From Phoronis australis (lineage: Eukaryota > Animalia > Phoronida): a stretch of 64,000 nt of DNA. Within the stretch, counting starts at the first letter, position 1. Every line of letters starts with the position of its first letter. Under the pieces are notes generated by a model, which made no database searches, had not been told where the DNA came from, and was given only the letters and a program-made list of their open reading frames with translations. The translations under genes and the position numbers were made by a program. Of this stretch, positions 13,055 through 28,000 are shown piece by piece. The DNA lies in NCBI GenBank assembly GCA_002633005.1, contig NMRA01000086.1:715390-779389 (forward strand). The letters run 5' to 3'.

Positions 13055-16000
13055 GCACATCAATATAAAACATATTTTTATAATCTCCAATCTTTTTCTT
13101 TTAGAAAATGTATACTTTTACTAGTTGACATAGCCTGTTTTTATGTATGTTAGAATTGAAGTAACTACCGGTAAATAAAGTTTAAGATAAACTTAAAGAT
13201 CAGTACATAAAGCATAGTATCTGACTTTCATGTGAATCTGATCAGCCATTTTTGATATTTGATGTTTTGATGTTAGCCAAGTTGGGAGACTCTTCTAAGG
13301 TCCTACATAATCGAGAGGATGATTGTTAACTAACGTAATTTTCTACCCTGCTTTGGTTCATGTGATTGAAACTTATCTTGTTTACCCATGGGATAATAAA
13401 TTACCCTAAGGTAGCGTCTGTGTAAATGTAGACTTAGAAAAATCGTCTGTAATCAGTAGCGTGTGTTGAAAACATGTCCTAATCAGGTGGAGTGCCAGGA
13501 TCTTGTGTGAAAGTGTGTCAATGTCCTAGTTGACATACTTAGCTGGTTATTGCCTCCCCTGGTCGCAATGCTAGGTCATTGACCTGAGGAGGTGAACAAT
13601 AGTGTAACTGGAAGTGGGGGGGTCAGAAGAAGGGTTTTCTATGTATTGTGGGTGTATGTGTCTGTGTTTGTTGAGGGTGTAACTGTTTATTCAGGTGACC
13701 TGGTTTGTTGAACAACAATGACCATGTTTTTGAGGTGTTTGATACTATTAACAGTTTTGTATGCAGTCTTGCTACAACACTGTGTCTGCGTTTATCGTCT
13801 CAAAAGAGTTTTACGCGTGTTTTATTGTTTTGATTTGCGGAGAACTTAGCCGAAGCTGAGTTAACATTATTGGAGATCATTCAATGACTATGAAAATATT
13901 TTCCATTCTTTGTTCATGTGTACTTCTGTTATTTAAAATCCCGTCCACACTTCGAGTTACCCTGAAACAACTTGCCCCCATTAAGCTAAATGTCAACACT
14001 ACACACACTTCATCTTACCACAATATGGCGCACAGCTGAAGCGTGTTCAATAGAGTGAACGCCTGTGAGGGATTTGAGCGCCCTCATCCTGAACAGCTGT
14101 GTTCACGTTAGCGCTCGCGAGTGTTCGCAAACAACCTCGAGAGCATGTTCGCTTAGTTTTCCAACATGGCATCCTGCGAATTGGCTTCACGTCTGCAACA
14201 TATGAACTCATTATGGTTCTCCAACACGAAAACTAACCTCAAAAGTTGACCGACTCATCCGAAAGTGCGACTTAAATTGCGGGTTGCTGTAGCAAGGAAC
14301 AGTTTCCTCGACGTAATTTTTGATTCTTGTCGTTCCAAGGCCTTCACGGTTGTTGTCTTGGGCTGCCAATATTAATATTGGCAAAGATTCATAGTAGTCA
14401 TCGATCAGTATGCCATAGCAAGAACTGTTAGTGTTAAACTCATCGGCTAAGACGTTGCTTCAGAGTCGATCACACAGTGAGCGCTCACAGCTGTTCAGGA
14501 GCTGTTCCTTGTATTTGCGAGTATACGCTAGTGGGCGCTCACTCTGTTGAACACGCTTCAGTAATGGTACTTCCACTTTGTTGTGTTCAGGTTTGTATCC
14601 ACACTAAGACTTGCACTAGGCCAAGTTATCTTGGAACAAGTTACCCTACCTTGATAATTTGTGGTATTTTGTCACATGGTGTCCCAGCGCGAAGTACATT
14701 CACATTACTGCTAAACCTAGCGATGACTCGCTAGGGTAACTCATAATGTAGACAGCACTTACCCAGTAAGTGTCGCCTCGATCCCATGCTGGATTTGTTC
14801 CTTTGAAGCTGACGATGGATTGAACTACCGCTTTTCCCCATGGTGGCAATTTTAGCTTTTTGCTAGTGGGTGTTTTTACGAAACTTTGGGAAGGATTTTC
14901 ATGAAATTTGCCTAACAGGTTTCTATTCAGATAATGACGAAACCGTCCCAATTTTTGGACTGATGTGACGTATTCTGCTTCTGGTTTTTTGGCATCCGCC
15001 TCTGTTATTAGCCAAATGGCTTAAACCGTCATTATGAAATTTGCCAAATGAATTCCTATTGAGCAGAGCGCAGGTGGTAATTTTGTGGGTTTTTGTGTTT
15101 AGTGTCTACCAAATTCCTTGATGGGTCTTCATAAACTTTGGTTTATGTGATGAGAGCACAGCTGGTGTTGATTTTGGTAGGAAACTTACAACTCTAGCAT
15201 CCCCTAGTTACATTTTTGATTTTCTTTGAATATGCGCAATATCTACCGTATTCTCCCTAATAACACCCATGCCCCTATAAGCGCCCCCCCATGTATTTTC
15301 TTACTTTGCTAAAATAAGCGCCCAGCCCATGAACGTGTACGTGCGTCAAATGCCTTACCTACAGTCCTAAAATTCTACAGTAATGTCTTCAATTTATCAA
15401 TAATATCTGACAGTCCTGAAAAAACTCATTGTGTGCAGAATTTGTAGACTACGAACCTCGCCACTATGTCAGTATTTAGCCGTAACTATACACTTCAAAC
15501 TTCTGCAGTGCCTCAAAACGAACACAAAAGTTTTGCTGATCTTGCAAGAAATGTGTCCCACTATGGTCCGGCCATTCAGAACAGACGTAGTGTATTTGTC
15601 AATGGGATTGTATTGTAGATATTTCCAGCCCTCAACAGGAATCAAAATTTCTTTATACACGTGAAAAACGTGAATCGAAGACTAATAAAAAAACTTGGCC
15701 AGTGTTAAAAAAGCACGTGGCCAGGAAGCGCGCACTACGTACATGTACCTGTCATCAAAAATTTTTAGGGGCGCTATTTGGAAAACTTAAGGAGGGTTTT
15801 AGGTAATTTGCTCGAATCAAAACTATTTTTATTCAAGCATTCAAGTTGCCATATCGACGATTGCAAGGCAGTCAGTTGGCGAGTTTTCATCCTGGGATTT
15901 CAGCACAATTTTCTGTAAAATTATCATAATTTAACACCAAAGTTTGATAGCAATACACCACAATTTTGTATCTAAGTCTGTCATAGGTTACAGATATATC

Positions 16001-19000
16001 ACAGAGCGTAAATATGATGAATCGTGGCTTCGGATTTCACCTGTTTCGGAGACGGGCAACCGCCTTGGGTTACAATAAGCGCCCCCCTGAAACGAATATT
16101 TCTAAACGCCCTGGGCGGTTATTAGGGTGAATACGGTATCAAGTTCTTCAATAGCTATTTATGAAATTTGGCTGATATATTTCAATGAAGGAGATGAGGA
16201 CAACTGCTCAATTCCAAATGTATTCAACGTATTATGTGCCTCCTGGTAACTACTTTACTTTTCTTTTTTGGCATTTGCACGACATAAATTAATGGGACTG
16301 TTCTCCTGTGGTGCCCTTGGTGACAACTTAAATTTTCTTACCTTTGGTTCATCAATAATCAGTTATAGCAGTCCCAGATTTTGAGAACCTGGTTAATGGT
16401 TTTTCAGTGGAGAAAACTGGTTCACATAATTTGGCACCCCTGTAAGTAAGTGTAAATACTATCTATACATTCAGTTTTTGAGAAATCAACTCTTGTGTAA
16501 GTGCTGTCCATTCTAGTAGTTATGAATTCTATGGATTTTTTGCCTCTATACGGCTGGACATTCACTTCAGTTAATGATAGTGGTCCTGGTTGGTGAGTCT
16601 CGACTACATTGAGCCTCAGGTGTGTCTGAGAGGATTTGTGGAATTAACAAGGAATTATTGAGTAACATTTATAGGTGATTCCATCTTGAAATGTCACCTA
16701 AAATGTCAATACCAGCTGCATGAGTGCGTGCTTGTGTGATTGGCTGACCTTTAATTTTGGAAAAATCCAAAATTGAGAATCACGTGAATTACAAAATTAT
16801 GATCTTGTAAAATGTTAGTATTCTTACGGAAAGATTGTTAGTTACGGTATGAAATAAAAATGGTGTTTTTTGTCAATTCATCAGTAAATTGTTCTCCTTT
16901 CACATGGTTCTTCAACTTTTTATCCCACAATGTGACTGGCAAGTTAGATTCTATTTTGCCAATTTTTCCACAAAAATAAAGACTAAGAAAATATTAGCTT
17001 ACTTTGTAATGTGTAGATGTCATAAAAGAGAGTGTAAAGTTAACGTCACTTGCAGCAAGATAACTAACCAGCCAGCTAGCTGTATGAAGACTGTCGTCAA
17101 AATACAGCTAGGTCCCACTGCGTGTATTTCTTCCGTAGACCCTGAAATTGCACACAGCCAGGGTAGTTCTGCTCGTCACCGCGCTGTGAAACCTGTATCA
17201 ACATGTAAAGCTAAATACCAGACGGTGTGCATGCAAAATCTGGGAGCCAACCGACACTCACCTTGCCCGTTACAGCCGTTTAAGTGAAAAACAATGCAAT
17301 AAACGTCATTTTCTTGTGTAACTCTCCGCCTTTTCTAACAATGAAAAGTATTTCGTCGTTTTGAAAACAGTACGCTCATGTCACGTGCACGCGCCATTTC
17401 CTAAATTTTTGCGACATCTCTCGGGTGATGATGATAGCTTGGCAGCAGCAAAATTTCTTCTGAAATTCGATTTTTCGGTATCAAAATTCTAAAAACTTAT
17501 AATGAAGTGAAACCAGTTCTGATAATTTGTTGTGAGGTGTACGCAAGCTCTTGAAAGAACAACAGTTGATTGAAGAATCGGTGAAAAATTAAACTGGCCA
17601 ATAGGTGACGCAATATTTCACTGCCCCGAAAGCCGTCGCTAAAGATTGCTCCACAACTTTAGCAGCAGAATAACGGTAGAACACCATTTTTGCCAACACC
17701 GTTAAATAATTTAGTTTACTAAAGGAAGACCGTAGTTTTTAATGACACCAATTTTGTGCCAGATTTTATCTTGCCACTTTTTTACCCACATCGGTGCAAA
17801 GCTGTATATTTATATACAGTTTTGTACCAAGGCTACAAGATAATCAGCTTTAGAAAATTGCAAAATGATAATTTTGTCGATTATTTTGGTGTGAATTAAG
17901 TGGAGAAATACAGTGCATGTAATTCACAATAAGTTACCTAAATTAATATAATTTTTTGTAGGGACACATTTTTAAGGAGTGTAATTATCAGTGCCGACCA
18001 CTGCTTTCCACGAGGGCCTTCACACCACATTCACCATCTTTCCAGGAGAGCATTCGGCAGTCACACCACATTCTCTCCCTTTCCATGAGGGCCTTCCATG
18101 TTCACCCACATTCTATCTTTTTCCCATGTGGACCTTCCAAATTCACACTACATTTACTCCCATTCCATGTGGGCCTTTGAAGTTCACACCACATTTACTC
18201 TCATTCCTTTAAGGCCTTCCATGTTCACCCCACGCTCCCAAATTCACACCACATTCACTCTTTTTCCATGTTGGCCTTTCGAATGCTCCCCACATTCACA
18301 CCCGTTCACACTCAAATTAGACTGAGCATGAGGAGGAAAGTCTCGGGTTAGAGAGTACTTTCACTTCCCTGATGCGTATGCACATGCTCTGAAGCACAAA
18401 ATGTCTGCGTGAGACTCCATGCGTGCAGTCGCAGGGTCATTGTTTACTTTGGTTGTGTGTAGTGGCGAAACAGACTGATTAATGCGGCCAGGCGCTGCCT
18501 TGCAGTCACAGGGCCCCACGTGTTTTGTTGGTATGAAACGCAATATGTTGAAGTAATTGGTTTTCGGGGAAACACGTTTTGCGGGTGAATTGTTCTGTAC
18601 TTGCATCAGACGCTCTTGATGTATTACATGGAAAGAACAGCAACACTGGTGAAGTTAAAATGCATGTACTTATTTAACTAGTGTAGAACTTGCCTGGATA
18701 ATAATCTTATTGTTGAATTGGCACTTTGTATGCACCTGTCAGACACAAAGGACTCTTATTGGCCGCCAATACCTGCAGCTACAGAATTGCCCTAATGACC
18801 TAGTGTCTGCAGATTGGTCAGTGAAGGGGCCGCACAAATGTATTCAACAACGTAAGATTTTGAAGTGAACACCCTGGCAACTCTTTATTTTATTTATTTC
18901 AAGTTTTCAAGGCCATAGGCCCTTAAATACATTTTCTAACTAAATAAAAATGCTACAGACATGGTTACAAACATTTCTTTATACATTGTTTATCTTGCTG

Positions 19001-22000
19001 TAGTTGGGTAGCACGTTTTTTTGACATGACACTTATTGTTGTTGACTATCCTTATTCCATTCTGTTCGTATCCTCGGAACAAAGTTCATCATTCAACAGA
19101 ACATTGGTAAAGTAACTGACCAAGCGACATGGTTAAACAAGACGCACAATATTTTGAAACCTACGTATTTCATTTTCAAGTGGAAATAAAATGAGGCAGT
19201 ACTACCCCCCCCCTTCACAGAGCAAAAGCTAGTAGCACACACAGTGGGACACGGCAGGTGTGAAATACTTCAAGGAATGACAAATGGTGGGGTAACTTTG
19301 ATGATCTCTTGCAAAGCTAAGAGTCCTCATGTTAATTGGGTACTGGGCTTGACACGTGGCTGTTATCGCAACTCACGCCTTCCACTGTTGCCATGCCCTT
19401 TGATTTGCATCTCTCACTTATTGCATGATTTAGCCTCGCAAACAAAACAACGGGAAAGGACTCCAGTACTGCATTGCTCACAGTGCATCAGTCGAACAAA
19501 GGATTTAAGCTCGACCCTCATAAGATAAAAGATGAGAGTCCAGTCTAAACCACTGTGCTATACTCAACTAGTCTCTCTGCATTATACACTCGGAAATGTC
19601 CTTTGAAAATGTAGCTGCTGTATGTGGACTACTTTGTGCCAGTTAATCTTGTTACTTTGTACTTTAATGCCTTGTCTTCATCTACACAGTGGAGACATGT
19701 TAATTACAACAAGTACATGATGTCCAGCATTGGGCTTTAAAACCAATCTAGTTTCATCCTTACAATGTTGTGACATGTGCCACTAGAATATTAATGAGGT
19801 AGAAAAAGACAGTAAACAGATTCTTAATTACCCTGTACTTTCTGCTGCCATTATCACAGGGTAATGGGCTTGTGTGCTTCCCTAAAATTAATGTTCATAA
19901 CTGGAAAAACAGTGCATCATTTTGGTTGTATTAAACATCAGTGCTTTCATTTGTTGCCTATCGTTGACTTTCGGGAAGAAGTTCACTTATGTGAATCTAT
20001 TCACAGCTGTTGACCCCATTTTTTCTATGCACTGACCTTTCTATGCTCCTGTGTGTGGTGTATATGCCCTTACATACTAACTTCGACGCATCGGGGAGTT
20101 GCGGTCAATATGAACGGTAAACTTCGGTCCTGGATCAAAGTTAACGTCGCCAGTTAACTTCACAGTAAACAGATGAATTTAACAGCAGACTGTTGATGCA
20201 GTGGTGCAGTATGAATGGTCAGCTTCGGTCCCACCGAAGTTATCGCCAGGGGTCACTGTTATTGTCTACAATTAAAGGGCTAATAGTTACTTACATTTTG
20301 CTCAAATAATAACCAGTCGAATTGTTCTCAAATTGTCTCATGAAAACAATCTTAGCATGCACGCAATGCATCAGCGCTACCTTGTGAAAACAACAGCTTC
20401 ACCTACCGTTTACTTCGATGTCCGTTAACTACCGAAGCCGGTATGAACGGTTCAGTTAACTTCGCAGTTTACGTCGACACTTCACTCAGACTGGAGTTAA
20501 GTGATTATGAAAAGGCCTTGTGTGGGTGCATATTGCCCTTCTCTTTATTCAGCGTCCATCAGACACTATGTACAGCTTTATTCCCTGAAACAAGTAGGCC
20601 CCTATGAACATGATGGCAGGTTGTGATGATTTTTAGGTAGATCCGAGAATCGCTAGGCATTTGCGCTAGTAGCCATTTATTTTTTATGTTGCGTCTTTAA
20701 ATCTACCAAGTACCATTTTGATTTTTAAGAAATTAGTATAATAGATCTCCATTTAGGAGATGATCCCATCTTCCGAATTTTGGACGGATTCAACATATTC
20801 TGCAGCCCCTGGTAGTCAATTTCATTATTTTCATTTTTGTCATCGAACTTGATGTCTGTCAAACCAGTCAAAGGGTCAGTTTGAAACTTGTCAGTTGTGT
20901 TCCATATACATGAGCCCAGGGTTTCGTGTTCAGTATGCATACAGGTGTAGTAGAAAACTAGGTCGAGGAAACAATGTATATTGTACTCTATGGGAATCTG
21001 TCAATAAAACGAAGATTTCTCTTCAAATAGGGAGTACGTTGCTAAAACAGCAGTTGATATTAAATTTATGCCATCATTACATGACTAGTGCGGGAGGGGG
21101 TTTAGATACAGAAATGTGCAGATTATTCCCAAGGTTGGTTTTTATCTCAAAGAGCTCGGTTTAGGTGGTCAACCAATGCTAGGGTGATTTGCAACAGCAG
21201 TAATTTGCAATTGATTACCATAACTTAATGGCTTGTTTTTTCTTTGTATCAGGGGTCTAATTGCCAGTATGGGGTGAAAACAAGACTGGCCATGCAAGTT
21301 AGTAGATTAATACTAAAATCATTGGCATTTAAAATTCCCTCCAAATTCAAGCACAGGTGTGATAATGCTGCATATTTTCAGAATGGCATACGGTAATAAC
21401 AACCTTTTCACAATCTAGTCGATATCTTTTGTACGATATAGGTTTAAACAGGTCTCAGTCTTAGACGAGAAGCACACGCTAATTGGTTTGTGAATTAGCT
21501 CATTATCCTACTTGTGCGCAAACAATGGTGAAGTCATTTGGATGAACGAATTAAATGGTAAGCGCCGATTGCTGAGTTCTCAACAATTTTGTTTTATAAA
21601 CACCTGTGCTAGGCTTACGGTCGCGGCCTGATTTTTGAATTTCCCTATTTAAGCAGCATAGCCTGGGTGTTGACCTGTGCTAGTGCAGGAATATATGGCG
21701 GACACATAAAAATTCTTTTTGTTTCATTCCTCAACAAAAATTAGCATCAAGAAAGTTCTATGTAGTCTGTCTTGTATAGTTGTGATAAAGCCGGACACTT
21801 GATAACATTTCCATCATCTGTAATATTGCAGTTACCATTTTCACTGTTAATTTTGTACGAAATAGGCGAAGAATTACAGTATTGGTGACACTAGTATGAT
21901 GTAACGTGTCTAGATTGTGAGAAACAGTTGATGCCTGTCATTTAGTGAAGAAAACTGGATCTCTAAATGTCACGTTAGATCAGACTATTAACGTGTTAGC

Positions 22001-25000
22001 TGTTTCATATTTTCCAAGCAACTGGAAGTTGGTTATTGGATGTATTTTTGTGTTGTTTCAGTTACTGGCATTCTCCAGGACTGCCTTGTTCAAGTGCCGT
22101 GGTGCACTGGAAATGTTGTTCATTTTTGTTGTGTTAAAACTAGAAAAATGTTTTTTTGTCAGAAGTGTACTATGAGTCTTGTGGTTTATTAGAATCAGGG
22201 ATCTTTGCATTGCAACGAAAATGCGCCTTCGTATACTGGAGAATTTCCATTGTAATGTGAGGTGAGTTTAGAGTGCTCGTGGTCGACCATGTTTCATGTG
22301 TTGTAATTCCTATGTCTTTTGATTCCACCAGACTTGAGGAACTACCCGCCCATCACACCCCTTTCATCGCCCTCCGCTATGGTCTACTATTCTGACAGTC
22401 GGTCACCCGTCATGGGAGACAACGCCGGACGCTCCCTCATGACCACTCCCGTCTCGTCGCCCGAGGCACTTGGCAGTCCCCCTACAGCAACAATGATGGC
22501 AATGTCGATAAAGAAGCGTAAGGGCAGCGGAGTGGCTGGTAAGAGTATTGAGGAGGAGCTGTGCACTATTTGTGGTGACAGAGCGTCAGGCTACCACTAT
22601 AATGCTCTGAGCTGTGAAGGATGCAAGGGTAAGTGACATGTTGGCTATGTTCAAAATTGACCTATCGCCAGGATTTTGAGGGACGGCTTAACTGACCATT
22701 TAGAATGCAGCATTATTGACACACCTTCGTTTGCAAGCCGCCATTTTACCGGACAAACAAAACGTTGCTGGGTAAAACTTATTGTTTGTTAGTCGACATT
22801 ACGCAAGAGGGCGGAGCTTGCGATAGGTCAGTTGACGTGCAGTCGTGTCATGCGTGTTCATGTGTCAAGCATTTTCATATCTCTTCACATGCATAAGATT
22901 CTTTAATGTTTAAGTCATCTTTACATACGAGAAATCTTGTGGGATGTGTTCACACACAACACGTTTTCATGTGTGAGGCATGTTGACATGTTTGAATTCT
23001 TCTCTTGGGAAATGTGTTTCCACTGGGGATTAGTTCTTGTGTGAATAGATGTGTGTTCACCAGGTGGGTGTGTCAAGTACGGCCAGTTTCAGTTCAACAG
23101 TTTTGAACATGTGCTCATGCATAGAATGTTGCCAAGCACGGCATATTTTCTCACCCTAATACATTGATAAATAGATATATGAGGTTTTCTTGCTTAATTC
23201 TTCACTTATTGGTGCATATTATGGCGAGTAAGTTGCCACGTTTTCTGAATGGAAGTTATCATAGTGAAAATTCACATTCTTGTGTCTATTTCTTCCATCT
23301 GTCCTGTGTTCTTCAAACTTCTGCCAAAACTATTGCACCCTTCATGATTTAACGCTGGTGCGAAGGTTCGTCATCGAGGCTACACTTAATGACTTCAAGT
23401 TCAAATGGGTTTAGTGCAAACAATGTCTATTCTTTTCTTGAAATAATTCAGCAAATTCATTTACAAATTTTCAAAACAAGGTATTAGATTCAGTTGCTAT
23501 GGTTTTGCCTGTCTTCACATCCCACTGTTGGAGCTTTGCCAATATTGTATTGTGCTCCATATGTACAGTGGCGGATCTAGGATATCACAAGGGGGGCCCA
23601 ACATTTTGTCTGTAAGCATTTGCGCCAACCACGATTGTAGATGCGCATAGCACCAAATGGGGGGAGGTCGGCAAACCCCCCCTCCCGCCCAGGTAATTTT
23701 TCTGTTTTTCCTCTAAAAATCAAGCCTTTTCCTAGATTCCTGAAGTATTATCCAGGATAAAAGGCAAGAAAAAATAACGGAGAATGTTTCAAACACGGAA
23801 AACTGCAAATATGACAGACTCGAACTCACGACCTGGCTCAGTCAGAGCGCACGTGCTTTACCACTACACCACCAAGATTTAACTCCTAATTTGATAGTAA
23901 GAGACCTACTTGTTTATGGTCCACAGAGTTTGCGCGCGAAACCTACTTTTTTTCGTAATGCTTATTACACGTTTTATATTTTGTACAATCGGTTCGTAAC
24001 AAATTTGTTGTGTTTTAACTAATCTTCAATTGTCCAAAAGACCAAGTCCATTTTTCGTGTTGGCAATAATGACGGGATTGCTTTGGAAATCGTCTAAGTT
24101 AAGGTTTGACAAAGAGAGAATTATGAGTTTCTGAGTGTTTCACTAAGGCTTCGATTAAAATTCACATCTTACCAGCAGCTTCTGTTTTTTTTATCGTCAC
24201 TCAGGTTCCATTTTCTTTAAAAATTGAAGTAATTTTCTTCATTGCACAGTGGAGCAGACGACGGAAACGGAGTCGTAGTGCGCAGCGCCACTGCCGGTCG
24301 CCTGGGTTATCGCGAGAGAGCCTATACTTAGCCATAGTTCCGTTACGATTGCGCTGTGTTCTGAATTTGACTCTTGAAATTGGATCTGAGGCCCCAACAA
24401 TAAAACTGCACACATTTAAATCTTGTTTCATTTGCATAATTTTAATTACTGGAGTTAATTAATTAACTCAACATTTCCCTACGCTCTTCCTGTTTTACTT
24501 TTTTGCGGCAGCCAAAGGGGGGGGCGGCCCCCCCCCCCTAAATCCGCCTATGATGTATGGGTGGCCACCACGCAATATTGTATTGTGCTCCACATGTATG
24601 GGTGACCGCATCACAATATTGTATTGTGCTCCATATGTATGGGTGGCCGCATCACAATATTGTATTGTGCTCCATATGTATGGGTGGCCGCATCACAATA
24701 TTGTATTGTGCTCCATATGTATGGGTGACCGCATCACAATATTGTATTGTGCTCCATATGTATGGGTGGCCACCACAAGCACTGTTTAAGTGAAATTCAA
24801 ATTAAATACTAAAGAGGCCTTTAACTTTATGAGATGCATTGTTGTACTTGCTGAACATTTTCGTAATTTTTTAGATGTGAGTGAAATTTGTTTTATGCAC
24901 GTCATTTGTCTCTGTTTATAGGCGGTTAAAGCTGCACTTGCTTTTCATTGTCTGCTTAATTTTCATGTATACATTTATGAAGGAAATGTAGAGGTAACGA

Positions 25001-28000
25001 TAAATTAATAAGCAATGAATTTGTCTTTTCTTAAGACTGAACTCGGTATCTTGACCTTGTTTGGTCAGTGCTTTGTGTGCCAAAAAGTTGTGTACCTTGG
25101 CAGGGATTCCAACAGATAGTGTTTGTCTAGAATTTTTAGTTGAAATTCTAATCTCACAAAGATAAGAATGTGATAATGCTCTTCTGCTAATATGCCTCAG
25201 AAGTTACAAGTTACGGTAAAAATTCTTCATTTTGGGATAGTGAAATATTAATCATTTTGTTCAAGGTCAGAGCTAGTACCAAATTTTAGAAATATGCAAT
25301 ATTGTCTCAAATTCATGAATTACAAACAATGATATAGGATCATTCATCTCGATGTTATACACTATTAGGATGCATGAAAAGGTTGCGTTGGCAGCTATTT
25401 CCATCGATTTTACATGAACGAACAAGTCTATTATCAAACTCTGTGAATACAAAATGTAGTGTCCAGAATTTGAGAAGTATTATGAACACCAAAATAGACT
25501 AAGTCCTAATCGCTAGAATCAAGAAAATTCAATTTCTATTTGAATTCCTGTGTCTCAAATTTTATAGACTGCCCAAACTGGAGAATTTTTACCGTAAGTA
25601 TTTGACATCAAAACACTTAGACTTGGTTTTAGCAAAATGGATTGTGAGATGACCAGCCTATATTTAACATTGCAGGTTTCTTTCGTCGAAGTATTACACG
25701 CGGAGCTACTTACTCATGCAAGTTTGGTGGCCATTGTGAGATGGACATGTGGATGAGGCGCAAGTGTCAGTCGTGTCGGCTACGACGGTGTCGGGAAGTC
25801 GGCATGAAAGAAGAATGTAAGTGGCATCACCTGTAGGCAACCTGGGTAATCTGAATCACGGCTGGTGTGACAGACTTACTGTGTGAATGAGCAATCCGGC
25901 ACTTTTGTCAGTGATAGTCACTCTTTGAGAAATGACTGTTAAATTATTGAATCATTTTTTTCAGAATGTTGTGTGGAATTCGTATGTTTCAAATTTCTTT
26001 GATATGCTTGCGCCATAAAACGCAAACTAGTTTTTTGTCATTTTCTGGGAGTAGTGCTTACAGTTACCTTCGTATTAAGGTTGGTGGTAGCGTCCTTCCC
26101 TTGTGAGAGTTTGTGGAAATAATCGCGAATATTCTTCAATCAAATTTTTATTAGAGAAAATTTTTGCATTAACTTGGGTCATGACTTTGACAGGATTCTG
26201 AGCTCAAAAGTTTTTGCTGGATCAATATTGGGGGAAAATTATTAGTGAGCGCTGTTGTTTGTTGATTCAATATTAATATTACAATCGTCATCTGTATCTT
26301 AAAACCACTGGGGCTAGGGCGAGCAATGTATGGCTCTGACTCTGTAGTGTCTATCTCCCAATAGGGGCGACATAACTTCAAGGAAGTCTTGAATCCTTTG
26401 TGGACACCAGCATTTGTGTAGTTAATTTCAGGTGTTTTTTCCTAAACTATTTCTCTGAACAGCAGTGGTGACGTAGGCTTTTTATTTAATTACATGCCAT
26501 GCAAATCCTGGTAAACACCTCAGTGATACCGACTTGTGACATACACTGTTTTACTACGTCAATAAAAAAACCCATTTGTGTTTGCCTTTTACTGGCATTT
26601 GGTTATTAGTGCCAGCCCTGGTAAGGACAATACAGTCGCATGGGTGGGCCTCCTTTTTGCGGTGAATGTGGTTGTTCTTCCACAAATAAGGCCGAATAGG
26701 TTGTTATTGTATATTCTACAAATAAGGTTGTTTAAGTTGTTATATTCATACAGTTATGCAATGGCTGGAATATGAGGGATAGGTAGCCACAGCCTGCTGG
26801 TATAATGAGACACTGGGACCAACATTACAGGTTGTAGTATTCATACTTTTCCTATGACATGGAGGCTTCCCTAGAGGAACAGGCTTACACAGCAGGTTTC
26901 TGTTGTGTTTGTCATCAATTATTTCCCTGTCGTACTCAATGTTGATCGCACAGCCAGTGACACGCTTCACAAATACTCGTTAAAACCTTCATATGTGCAA
27001 TGCAGTACAATAAATGTCCTAAATGGAGTGTGCATTTCTGCTTCATATTGCTTTTCTAATTCTATGTATTATGAGGAGTTAGTTTCTTTTGTGTTTTGAA
27101 AATTTTTCTTGTATCAAAGAAATCTCAATATAGCAAAATTTGTGCCAGCCAGTGACTTTATTGCCTAAACACTCTTAAACTACTCGCCTTCTTATTGGGT
27201 ATCACCTTCACTTGCAAAATGTCTTAGCTGCGACTGCTGGGGTCGTGAATTCATTTCAGTTTAGAGGCTGATCTCGAATAAACGTTTTCTCACCAGAGTA
27301 TGTCTTTTAAAGCTGCATTTTGACTTGTTTTGGTGTCACCTAAACATACTAGGAGTTTTAACAGAAGAGTTTATGCGTTTAAAAACATTACTGTGTCCAT
27401 GCAACCCAGAGTTGGGGTTTAATAGCTGATTTTCGAAATAGCTGCACCATATTGAAAATCACTCTCCCGCCAGACGGCAATCAGGTCTTTGGTAGATGGG
27501 CATTCAGCGCCACCTGCATATCCCTTGTAATGCAGGCAGGAAGTTTCAACCTACTGGTATAACCGTCGTTTAACACCTTTCCTGCTATCATAATTCTGGC
27601 AAATTTTCACTGGTGTGCAGTGAGATGTACTAATGGCTTACGGAAAAAGTCAAACCTCTTGAAATATCCTTGATGAAGACTCCGCATTTGCATAGACAAT
27701 GGCTGTGACTATTAACGTGGGAGAAATTCAATCCCAGCCGATGTCAAAACGCTAATAGAAATCAGTTAACTTGACCTAATCAAACAGTGCGCGGGGTTGA
27801 CGGGGAATTATTATTCTGATTTTACATTAATGAGCCTTTGTGTTGTACTGAATTTCTGTTCACCGAATCCGAGTCGGGATAAAGCTGAAGTTGCTTTCTC
27901 ACTCTCATTACTATAAAGAGCGCCAGTGTGAAAAGTCCGTTACTAGTCAGTTAACAGGGTTCTAAACATTGCAAACGAGCCTGCTCGCTCTACTAACTTT

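Noticed and set aside
22658-22830. TGACCT/AGGTCA half-sites next to exon 2
   Set aside because: They are part of the TIRs of a small MITE.
23813-23874. Possible tRNA gene
   Set aside because: A/B boxes only; stems do not pair into a cloverleaf, and it lies inside a transposon.
24550-24793. Repetitive ORFs and a superficially CRISPR-like array
   Set aside because: Head-to-tail 41-bp minisatellite with no unique spacers; eukaryotic intron, no cas genes.
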